DNA from: Patescibacteria group bacterium
GTDB taxonomy: Bacteria > Patescibacteriota > Patescibacteriia > 2-01-FULL-39-33
Direction: 5' to 3'
Assembly (NCBI GenBank): GCA_041649575.1
Contig: JBAZMW010000002.1
Coordinates: forward strand, 180,001-212,000
DNA: 32,000 bases
The translations under genes were made by a program, and so were the position numbers. Position 1 is the stretch's first letter. Each line of letters begins with the position of its first letter. The notes beneath the pieces were generated by a model that worked only from the letters and a program-made list of their open reading frames with translations, did no database searches and was not told where the DNA came from. This document shows, in pieces, positions 1 through 6,907 of this stretch.

Positions 1-1
1 A

Positions 2-865
2 CCCAAAGATCATTACGATTTAGCTGTAGCTTTAGATATTATTGATTATGAACGCGCCGTCAAAATGTCTGGTTCCGGTTTTTGGATTTACAAAGGTGCC
101 GGCGCCATTTTGGAATGGGCCATTTTATCGTATTTTATAAAATTCCATCAGGCTAATGGCTATATTTTCATGATCCCGCCCTTTTTGCTCACCGAGCAGT
201 CAGCTTATACTTCCGGCCACCTGCCTAAATTCAGAGACGATTTATTTTGGACTCAAGACAAGCAGTGTCTCAATGCCACCAGCGAAATGATGTTGGGCAA
301 TTACCATCGTGACGAAATTATTCCCGAGCAGTCGTTGCCTCTTAAATATTGCGCTTACTCGGCTTGTTTCCGGCGTGAAGCCGGCAGTTACCGCAAAGAA
401 GAAAGGGGAATGATCCGCGGCCATCAATTTAATAAAATAGAAATGTTCCATTATACTCGGCCAGAGCAATCCTGGGATAGTTTTGCCGAGCTGGTGGCCA
501 GTGCCGAGAAATTAGTTGAGGGTCTAGGTCTGCATTATCAATCAGTACAATTAGCAGCCGAAGACGCCAGCGCCGCCATGGCCAAAACCATTGATGTAGA
601 GGCCTGGATTCCTAGTATGGCTAGTTATAAAGAGGTAAGCAGTGTTTCCAATGCGCTTGATTACCAGGCCAGGCGAGGCAATGTGCGTTACAAAAATAAG
701 GAAACAGGCAAAAATGAATTTGTTCATACTCTAAATGCCTCTGGTTTGGCCACTAGCCGTTTGATTCCGGCAATTTTGGAACAACTCCAGAACGCGGACG
801 GCTCGGTGGACGTGCCAGAAGTTTTGCAGCCATTCTGCGGTTTTGATAAAATTTTCAAGTGCTAA
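2..865 (+). CDS. serS: Seryl-tRNA synthetase, C-terminal catalytic part (5' end lies upstream of the window)
   Basis: Frame is open from the window edge (PKDHYDLAVALDIIDYERAVKMSGSGFW...). Class II aaRS core motifs FRREAGSYRKEERGMIRGHQFNKIEMF and TLNASGLATSRLIPAILE. Confidence 0.93.
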   Translation, partial: PKDHYDLAVALDIIDYERAVKMSGSGFWIYKGAGAILEWAILSYFIKFHQANGYIFMIPPFLLTEQSAYTSGHLPKFRDDLFWTQDKQCLNATSEMMLGNYHRDEIIPEQSLPLKYCAYSACFRREAGSYRKEERGMIRGHQFNKIEMFHYTRPEQSWDSFAELVASAEKLVEGLGLHYQSVQLAAEDASAAMAKTIDVEAWIPSMASYKEVSSVSNALDYQARRGNVRYKNKETGKNEFVHTLNASGLATSRLIPAILEQLQNADGSVDVPEVLQPFCGFDKIFKC

Positions 866-875
866 GTTTTAAATG

Positions 876-919
876 AAAATAAAACGAGCTGGCCGAATCG
901 TGTTGATTCAGCCAGCTCG
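876..919 (-). terminator. Intrinsic terminator oriented for the minus-strand 165-aa gene
   Basis: Perfect 9-bp stem CGAGCTGGC (885-893) / GCCAGCTCG (911-919) with a 17-nt loop. On the minus strand the stem is followed by TTTTATTTT (884-876); on the plus strand no T-run follows. Confidence 0.75.
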
Positions 920-938
920 GTTGTAGCGTGGTGGCTTA

Positions 939-1436
939 CTATCTGAGGTGTAGAGCTTTCACCTCCGGTCCCTCACCGAAACACTTGCGTCCCGCCGGTG
1001 ACCCCGCAAGAAGCCGCAGACTGCAGGTTCGCTTGGCTTTCTCGACTTCCTCCATCAGGATTTGCAGTACGTAGAGGAGTCGGTCGACCGAGATCAACCT
1101 GGTCTTCAACTGCACACTTTCGGTCTCCACGTCGATACTGCCGACATGTTGCATCCGCCGCGTGACTTGCAGTTTGGGTCTGCGGCCCTCGACGGCTTTG
1201 ACCGCCTCCCGTGTCAAGACGATGACGTCAGAGCAGTTGAACTCCGATTCCCTCAGTCGTCGGCCGAATTCCCGGATGTGTTTTCCGTCCGTGCCGGATT
1301 CGCCATCCGGGTCAGGCATTTCGAACAGGAACATACGCTCCAAGGCTCTCCGCAGGTCATCTCGTGGGTCGATCCCGACGCTCCTCTCTTCTTCCGACAA
1401 CTCTTGTTCTCCCATTTCTGGCTTACCTTTCAGCAT
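939..1436 (-). CDS. Hypothetical 165-aa charged/acidic protein encoded by a GC-rich cassette; no family recognised
   Basis: ATG at 1436 is preceded by GAGGAgcGAGGAaacat (SD 5 nt upstream). It has its own consensus promoter and terminator in the matching orientation. Caveat: three frames are open across this block, so ORF length alone is weak evidence. Confidence 0.55.
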   Translation of the reverse strand: MLKGKPEMGEQELSEEERSVGIDPRDDLRRALERMFLFEMPDPDGESGTDGKHIREFGRRLRESEFNCSDVIVLTREAVKAVEGRRPKLQVTRRMQHVGSIDVETESVQLKTRLISVDRLLYVLQILMEEVEKAKRTCSLRLLAGSPAGRKCFGEGPEVKALHLR

Positions 1437-1505
1437 ATGTTTCCTCGCTCCTCAATGTTTTCCACCATAGTCCTAGCAAGCCACCGTTGCTAAGGTACTA
1501 ATTAT

Positions 1506-1535
1506 ATTATACCCCATAAACCCAAAACTTGTCAA
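1506..1535 (-). promoter_or_regulatory. Sigma70-type promoter TTGACA-N18-TATAAT for the 939-1436 gene
   Basis: The minus strand reads TTGACA (1535-1530), an 18-nt spacer, then TATAAT (1511-1506). The -35 lies 6 nt from the ATG (1541) of the divergent ftsQ-like gene. Confidence 0.7.
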
Positions 1536-1540
1536 GAGAA

Positions 1541-2386
1541 ATGATAGAAGACAAAAACCAATTTAATTACCGGCCGAAAATTCAGGTCAAAAAGGATTAT
1601 TACCGCCAGCGCTTTATCAATCCTTATTTTAATAAGGATAAAAAAAATAAATACCAGGGTTTCAACACCAGATTTTATCTAAAAATTTTAGTGGCGGTTT
1701 TTTTGTTGTACCTGATAGTTTACAGTGATTTATTCAAGATAGGGGAGATAAGCATTTCCGGCACCGATATGATCAGCCAAACCGAATTTCGGCAAATGGT
1801 GGAAAAGGAAATAAATACCTGGCGTTGGCATTTTTGGCCGCAGAGGAACCAGCTTTTGCTTAGTAAAAAACGATTGGCGCAAAAGATCACCAGCCAATAC
1901 AGTCTTAGTAAGCTGGAAATAAAAAAGGGTTGGCGCCGGCTGCAAATCAATCTGGAAGAAAAAATTTCTTACCTGATGGTTTTTAATCGCGGCAAGTTTT
2001 ACTTTACCGACGCCTGGGGCAATGTCACCCGGGAAATTTCTCCGGAGGAAGCCCAAAAATACTGGACCAGATTTCCCATTTTAAACACCGACCAAGAACG
2101 GGTCGATATCGGCAGCCAGATAACTTCCGAAAAAATGGTTAATTTCATTTTGGCTCTCAGTGGAAAGATAAAAGAAATGAAGCTGGCCATCTCTGGCTAC
2201 GAGAGTCGGGGACAGGAGGAAGTGTCTCTGGTGGCCAAAGCCGGCTGGCGGGCTTATTTTGATATTGACTCCGATGTTGCCAAGTCCGTGGAAAACTTGG
2301 AATTGGTACTGAAAGAAAAAATCAAAGACCAGAAAAATTTGCAATATATTGATTTACGTTTCGGCGATAAGATTTATTACAAATAG
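1541..2386 (+). CDS. ftsQ: Cell division protein FtsQ/DivIB-like (single N-terminal TM plus POTRA-like segment)
   Basis: Basic N-terminal tail, TM helix FYLKILVAVFLLYLIVY, then FKIGEISISGTDMISQTEFRQMV, typical of the POTRA start. ATG 1541 is preferred over the TTG at 1529 used by the ORF track. Confidence 0.55.
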   Translation: MIEDKNQFNYRPKIQVKKDYYRQRFINPYFNKDKKNKYQGFNTRFYLKILVAVFLLYLIVYSDLFKIGEISISGTDMISQTEFRQMVEKEINTWRWHFWPQRNQLLLSKKRLAQKITSQYSLSKLEIKKGWRRLQINLEEKISYLMVFNRGKFYFTDAWGNVTREISPEEAQKYWTRFPILNTDQERVDIGSQITSEKMVNFILALSGKIKEMKLAISGYESRGQEEVSLVAKAGWRAYFDIDSDVAKSVENLELVLKEKIKDQKNLQYIDLRFGDKIYYK

Positions 2387-2394
2387 AGGAGTGG

Positions 2395-2430
2395 GGATAA
2401 CTGTAATTGTTTGTTTATCCTTTTTATTTT
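2395..2430 (+). terminator. Probable intrinsic terminator after the ftsQ-like gene
   Basis: GGATAA (2395-2400) pairs with TTATCC (2415-2420) and is followed by TTTTTATTTT (2421-2430). Confidence 0.5.
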
Positions 2431-2488
2431 ATAATACCTTTAATGTCGCATAATATAGCTTAAGCGATAATAAAGCAAGTAATTAATC

Positions 2489-3454
2489 ATGAAGAAATCA
2501 AATCTGCCTATTCTCAGTCAGTTTTCGGACTTTCTGGCCTATTGCGAGGTAGAAAAAGGTCTTAGCCCCATTTCTACCAGAAATTACCACAATTTTTTGA
2601 GAATGTTCGAAGGTTGGCTAAAAATCAAACATTTAACGCAGCTCAAGCCGCATGAGCTCACTCCAGAGCATGTCTGGGACTACCGGCTTTATCTTTCCCG
2701 TCGGCAAGACCGCTCTGGTCGCTATATCAAAAAAACCACTCAAAATTATTATTTAATCGCCCTTAGGAACCTTTTGAACTACTTCGCCGATAAAGATATT
2801 ATCTCTTTGCCTTCAGAAAAAGTTAAATTACCAAAATTAACCGAAAAAGACAAAGCGATAAAGTTTCTAAAGTTTGATCAGATAGAAAAGTTATTACAGG
2901 TGCCGGATGTCACCACTCTTGAAGGCCTAAGGGACAGAACGATTCTCGAAATTCTCTTCTCTACTGGTATGCGGGTTTCGGAGTTAACGTCGCTTAATAT
3001 CAAACAGTTTGATCGCCTAGCTTTACTAAAAAATAATTTTTCTGATCAAGAGTTAAGCATCGCTGGTAAAGGTGGTAGAACAAGAACGGTTTATTTTTCT
3101 CATCGAGCTTTGGGTTGGCTGGCTAGATACTTAAAAAACAGAAACGACCTCTATCCCCCGCTTTTTATTAACTATCGTCCCCATAATGACAGAGATGACG
3201 AGCACCGTTTAACGCCTCGTTCGGTTGAAAGATTGGTAAAAAGACACACCGTGATGGCCGGGTTGCCTGTTGATGCCACGCCGCACACCCTGCGTCATAG
3301 CTATGCCACGGATTTATTGGATCAGGGAGCAGATTTGCGCAGTGTCCAGGAGCTTTTGGGGCATAAAAATATTGTTACCACTCAAATTTATACTCACGTC
3401 ACCAATCAAAAGCTTCGCTCCATTCATAAAAAATTTCATAGTGGCAATCATTGA
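2489..3454 (+). CDS. Tyrosine recombinase, XerC/XerD family
   Basis: N-terminal SAM-like core-binding region (FLAYCEVEKGLSPISTRNY). C-terminal catalytic signature HTLRHSYATDLLDQGADLRSVQELLGHKNIVTTQIYTHV. Confidence 0.9.
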   Translation: MKKSNLPILSQFSDFLAYCEVEKGLSPISTRNYHNFLRMFEGWLKIKHLTQLKPHELTPEHVWDYRLYLSRRQDRSGRYIKKTTQNYYLIALRNLLNYFADKDIISLPSEKVKLPKLTEKDKAIKFLKFDQIEKLLQVPDVTTLEGLRDRTILEILFSTGMRVSELTSLNIKQFDRLALLKNNFSDQELSIAGKGGRTRTVYFSHRALGWLARYLKNRNDLYPPLFINYRPHNDRDDEHRLTPRSVERLVKRHTVMAGLPVDATPHTLRHSYATDLLDQGADLRSVQELLGHKNIVTTQIYTHVTNQKLRSIHKKFHSGNH

Positions 3455-3465
3455 AATAAAAACTA

Positions 3466-3492
3466 CGTCCCGATAACCGGGACGGAGTTTTT
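3466..3492. terminator. Bidirectional intrinsic terminator between the recombinase gene and the Cys-rich mini-ORF
   Basis: CGTCCCG (3466-3472) / CGGGACG (3478-3484) with a 5-nt loop. GAGTTTTT follows on the plus strand and TAGTTTTTATTT on the minus strand. Confidence 0.8.
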
Positions 3493-3515
3493 CAGAGAAT
3501 AAAATCGTCTTTTGT

Positions 3516-3644
3516 TTATTCTTTCTCTTTGCAACCGCAGCCGCAACCGGCCCCGCAGGAACAGCAATGAAAACAAACCTCCGGCTCGCAGGAACAGCGG
3601 GTTTCTTCGTCTATGGGCATCTCGCATTTAGCGCATTTATCCAT
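3516..3644 (-). CDS. Unannotated 42-aa cysteine-rich mini-protein (12 Cys): MDKCAKCEMPIDEETRCSCEPEVCFHCCSCGAGCGCGCKEKE
   Basis: Hand translation of the minus strand from ATG at 3644 to TAA at 3518-3516. It is below the ORF-track length cutoff and lies 40 nt downstream of, and co-directional with, the M23 gene. A possible TTGCCT-N16-TATTAT promoter overlaps the M23 stop. No SD is present. Confidence 0.5.
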   Translation of the reverse strand: MDKCAKCEMPIDEETRCSCEPEVCFHCCSCGAGCGCGCKEKE

Positions 3645-3683
3645 AAAATTTGGTTAATTATTTAATAATATCTAATTTCTAGT

Positions 3684-4937
3684 TTAAGGCAAGTAGGTCG
3701 AGGGGCTGACTGGGATGCCATTAGAGCGCACCTCGAAATGTAAATGGGGACCGGTAGAAAATCCCGTGTTGCCGCTGTAACCGATAATTTGTCCTTTGGT
3801 GACATATTGATCACCTTTAACATTAATACTGCTTAAATGGCCATATAGAGTCGAGAGATTGTTGTTATGAATGATCATGACGTAGGTGCCATACCAGCGG
3901 GTGTTGGCGGCTACTTTGGCCACATAGCCGGATTCGGCCGCTTTTACTGGTGTGCCGATTTTGGCCGCTAGGTCGATTCCCGAATGTTCAAAGAGATTAC
4001 GAAACGGGTAATCGGGATCATGAAAATAACAAGTAATCCGGGGATTGTTAATGGGCCAGATCAAAGCGGCTTCTCCCAGAGAATTAAATTTTTCCTGACT
4101 CCCCTTTTTTTCCAGCTCTTGTCGAATTTTTCTTTCCAAGGCGGCGATTTGATTATTGGCCGCCGTTTGTTCTTTTTTGAGATCGGTAATCAGGTTTTGA
4201 AATTTGACCTCCGATTTTTTGGTCTCGACAATCAGATACTGTTTGGCGCCCTTTTGTTCGCCCAGCGCCGTCTTTTCCTGTTCCAGCTTGTTTAGCAAGT
4301 CTGAAAGTTGATCGCGTTCGCCGTTTAATTTTTCTTTTTGCTTGTTCAAAGTTTCTACCAGTTCTTGCACGCGGTTCAGGGTTTTTTGTAAATCACCTTC
4401 TATATTTTCCAAAGCTTTTACCTGATCGAAAAATTCCGAAAAAGAATTGTTGCTTAGTAAAACAAAAAGATAATTTTTGTCGTCATAATGATCGAGAGCG
4501 CGGATAAAAGCGGCCAGCCGTTCCTTGTCTTTATTGATCATCAGCTCATTTTCTTTGATTTTCAGGCCGATTTTTTCTATTTCCAGTTCGGTTGATTTAA
4601 TCTCCTCTTCTTTGGCGGTGATGTCTAGTCCCATTTTGGCGATCTGATTATCCAAAATATAAACTTGATTTTTAAAGTTGGCCGCTTGGCCCTGGGCTTT
4701 TTTGATGCTGTCTTTGTGCTTGTTTATCTCCTCGGCTAATTTGTCTATTTTTTCCTGTTGGGCTTCAATTTGCTTGTTTAAATTGGCTATCAAAGCTTCA
4801 TTAGAGCCGGAGTCGCCAGCTGTCTCTTGCGCTCGCCCTATTTCTCTGGACATCAAAAAAACACCGCCAAAAATAATTAACGGCATCAAAATTGACGCTA
4901 AAATATGATATTTTAGCTTTTTCAGTTCGGCAAGCAT
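3684..4937 (-). CDS. M23 family metallopeptidase with long N-terminal coiled coil (EnvC-like peptidoglycan hydrolase/activator)
   Basis: N-terminal TM, about 250 aa of heptad-like E/K/Q-rich sequence, then a C-terminal M23 domain with HSGIDLAA, YGHL and GPHLHFEV motifs. Confidence 0.9.
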   Translation of the reverse strand: MLAELKKLKYHILASILMPLIIFGGVFLMSREIGRAQETAGDSGSNEALIANLNKQIEAQQEKIDKLAEEINKHKDSIKKAQGQAANFKNQVYILDNQIAKMGLDITAKEEEIKSTELEIEKIGLKIKENELMINKDKERLAAFIRALDHYDDKNYLFVLLSNNSFSEFFDQVKALENIEGDLQKTLNRVQELVETLNKQKEKLNGERDQLSDLLNKLEQEKTALGEQKGAKQYLIVETKKSEVKFQNLITDLKKEQTAANNQIAALERKIRQELEKKGSQEKFNSLGEAALIWPINNPRITCYFHDPDYPFRNLFEHSGIDLAAKIGTPVKAAESGYVAKVAANTRWYGTYVMIIHNNNLSTLYGHLSSINVKGDQYVTKGQIIGYSGNTGFSTGPHLHFEVRSNGIPVSPSTYLP

Positions 4938-4986
4938 GGAAAGAAGATTATTTTAATCTTATTCTACAAGAATTATATAACAATTC

Positions 4987-5015
4987 TTGACAAAAATCAA
5001 TCTCAAAGCTATTAT
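4987..5015 (+). promoter_or_regulatory. Sigma70-type promoter TTGACA-N17-TATTAT for the 87-aa zinc-ribbon gene
   Basis: TTGACA at 4987-4992, a 17-nt spacer, TATTAT at 5010-5015, located in the AT-rich spacer. Confidence 0.65.
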
Positions 5016-5070
5016 TTTTATTAAGTTGTCCTTTGGCTTTTGGTGAAGTTTCAACAACGGAGGGAGAAAC

Positions 5071-5334
5071 ATGGGACTCGTCGCTCCTGACACTCGCGGC
5101 AACGCGTGCTGGCTGATTAAATGCAACAACTGCGGCCATCAGGCGGCTTGGGATGGCTCCAATGCCGAGCAAACCCTTAGCCTGGCCGAGAATGATGGTT
5201 GGACGGTAACTCGAGGCAAGGGCCCAGGTGAGGTGGTCGCTCTGTGCCCCGAATGCAGGAAGAAACAACAGAAAGTCACTCCAGCCGCCATTGTCAGCCT
5301 GATGGATTTCCGCCAAGCATTGCCCAGGCGGTGA
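5071..5334 (+). CDS. Hypothetical 87-aa protein with a four-cysteine zinc-ribbon-like arrangement (CNNC...CPEC); GC-rich cassette gene
   Basis: ATG 5071 is preceded by GGAGGGAG (5059-5066). Cys pairs C18-x2-C21 and C59-x2-C62. It has its own promoter and downstream hairpin. Confidence 0.6.
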   Translation: MGLVAPDTRGNACWLIKCNNCGHQAAWDGSNAEQTLSLAENDGWTVTRGKGPGEVVALCPECRKKQQKVTPAAIVSLMDFRQALPRR

Positions 5335-5374
5335 GCCGCGGGAGGTTTCCGAGATTCCCAACGTCAAAGGTTTC

Positions 5375-5413
5375 AAGGCTTGGACCGAGCGCGGTTCAAG
5401 CCTTTTCTGTCTT
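5375..5413 (+). terminator. Stem-loop plus T-rich tail after the zinc-ribbon gene; overlaps the gltX stop codon
   Basis: AAGGCTTG (5375-5382) / CAAGCCTT (5397-5404) followed by TTCTGTCTTT. The right arm contains the last codons and stop of convergent gltX. Confidence 0.55.
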
Positions 5414-6904
5414 TAAGCGCTCCAGCGCTTGCCTGATTCTTAGTAAACTTTTTTCTGGTCCCAAAATTTCCGCCACCTCAAACGGCGTTGGCGATTTTTC
5501 CATTCCCGTCAGCGCCACTCTCATCGGCCACAGCACTTCGCCGTTGGTCAGATTGTTTTTAGTGATAAAAGTTTTTAATTTATTTTCCAATACTCCCCTT
5601 TCCCAGTCGCTGGCAGAATATTTTTCCAACTCCTGCAAAGTTAATTGCAAATTTTTTTTAGCCGCTTCCGCGCTAGATTTTTTCCAGACCAGCAAGCTCG
5701 GGTTATAACTTAGCTCAGCGGTAAAGAAAAAATTTATCCTCCCCCCTACTTCGTTCAAGCGGCTAACCCTTTCTTGTTCTAGTTTTAGTATTTTTTCCAA
5801 ATCCAAATCAGTTGGCATTTGACCGACATTCTTTTCCAAATACGGCTTGGCTAGTTGGGCAAATTTAGTATTGGTCAGTTTCTTAAGGTATTCGCCATTG
5901 AGCCAGTCTAGTTTGGCTAGATCAAAAATGGCTCCGGCCTTGTGCACCTTGGCCAGAGAAAAAGCCTGAATAAGTTCTGGCAGGAGAAAAATTTCTTGTT
6001 CAGTGCCCGGATTCCAACCCAAAAGCGCCACAAAATTTAGGAGCGCTTCCGGCAAATAGCCTTTGTCGCGGTAATCCTCCACCGCCACGTCGCCTTGTCG
6101 TTTGGACAGTTTGCTGCGGTCGGCGTTTAAGATCAGAGGCAAATGGGCAAACAGCGGCGGCGTCCAGCCCAAAAATTTGTACAACAATAAATGCTTTGGC
6201 GTCGAAGACAGCCACTCTTCGCCGCGAATGACATGGGAGATTTTCATCAGATGGTCGTCAACCACCGAAGCCAAGTGATAAGTCGGAAAGCCATCGGCTT
6301 TCAAGATCACTTGGTCGTCTATTTCCCGGCTACGAAATTTTATTTCGCCGCGAATCAAATCATTAAAAACCACTTCTTGATTTTCCGGCACCTTCATTCT
6401 GATGGTGTATTTTTCGCCGGCCGCCAACTTATTTTGCACTTCATCTGGCAACAGATGGCGGCAATGCCAATCATATCTGGTTGGCTGTTTGGCGGCCTCT
6501 TGCTGTCGGCGTAAATTTTCTAACCTTTCCTCACTGCAGAAGCAATAATAGGCCAAACCCTTATTTACTAGCTCGGAGGCGTATTTCTGATAGATTTCGA
6601 GCCTTTTAGACTGCGTGTAGGGCCCAAAATGGCCTTTTTCAACGGCTTTTCCGGCTTTATCGAGTATTACGCCCTCGTCGGGTTTTAGGCTCGCCCAAGC
6701 CAAATTTTTGAGCAAATTTTCTACCGCCCCCGGCACTTCCCTGGTTTGGTCGGTATCTTCGATTCTCAGCACAAAAGACCCTTTATTTTGTTTGGCAAAA
6801 ATATAGGCATAGAGCGCGGTGCGTAGTCCCCCGACATGCAAATAGCCAGTCGGACTCGGCGCAAAGCGGGTGCGGACCTTTAATTTGTTTAGAAAAGAAA
6901 ACAT
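5396..6904 (-). CDS. gltX: Glutamyl-tRNA synthetase
   Basis: Class I motifs RFAPSPTGYLHVGGLRTALY (HIGH-type) and KLSKRQG (KMSKS-type); 502 aa. Confidence 0.95.
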   Translation of the reverse strand: MFSFLNKLKVRTRFAPSPTGYLHVGGLRTALYAYIFAKQNKGSFVLRIEDTDQTREVPGAVENLLKNLAWASLKPDEGVILDKAGKAVEKGHFGPYTQSKRLEIYQKYASELVNKGLAYYCFCSEERLENLRRQQEAAKQPTRYDWHCRHLLPDEVQNKLAAGEKYTIRMKVPENQEVVFNDLIRGEIKFRSREIDDQVILKADGFPTYHLASVVDDHLMKISHVIRGEEWLSSTPKHLLLYKFLGWTPPLFAHLPLILNADRSKLSKRQGDVAVEDYRDKGYLPEALLNFVALLGWNPGTEQEIFLLPELIQAFSLAKVHKAGAIFDLAKLDWLNGEYLKKLTNTKFAQLAKPYLEKNVGQMPTDLDLEKILKLEQERVSRLNEVGGRINFFFTAELSYNPSLLVWKKSSAEAAKKNLQLTLQELEKYSASDWERGVLENKLKTFITKNNLTNGEVLWPMRVALTGMEKSPTPFEVAEILGPEKSLLRIRQALERLKTEKA

Positions 6905-6907
6905 AAA

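Noticed and set aside
1062-1493. Plus-strand ORFs 1062-1493 and 1162-1470 inside the first GC-rich block
   Set aside because: The promoter, SD and terminator polarity all fit the minus-strand 939-1436 ORF. The plus-strand ORFs have no upstream signals and would run into the divergent promoter.
2393-2401. TGGGGATAA, a one-mismatch reverse DnaA box downstream of the ftsQ-like gene
   Set aside because: It forms the left arm of the terminator hairpin (GGATAA/TTATCC plus T-run), which explains it fully.
3516-3644. The Cys-rich mini-ORF as a SCIFF-type radical SAM-modified peptide
   Set aside because: The cysteine spacing does not resemble the SCIFF pattern as I recall it. The only SPASM-like radical SAM gene is 26 kb away behind its own terminator.
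4948-5376. 142-aa minus-strand ORF antisense to the zinc-ribbon gene
   Set aside because: It spans the AT-rich promoter spacer and the GC-rich block, has no SD, and would start inside the gltX terminator hairpin. The plus-strand 87-aa ORF has a complete set of signals.
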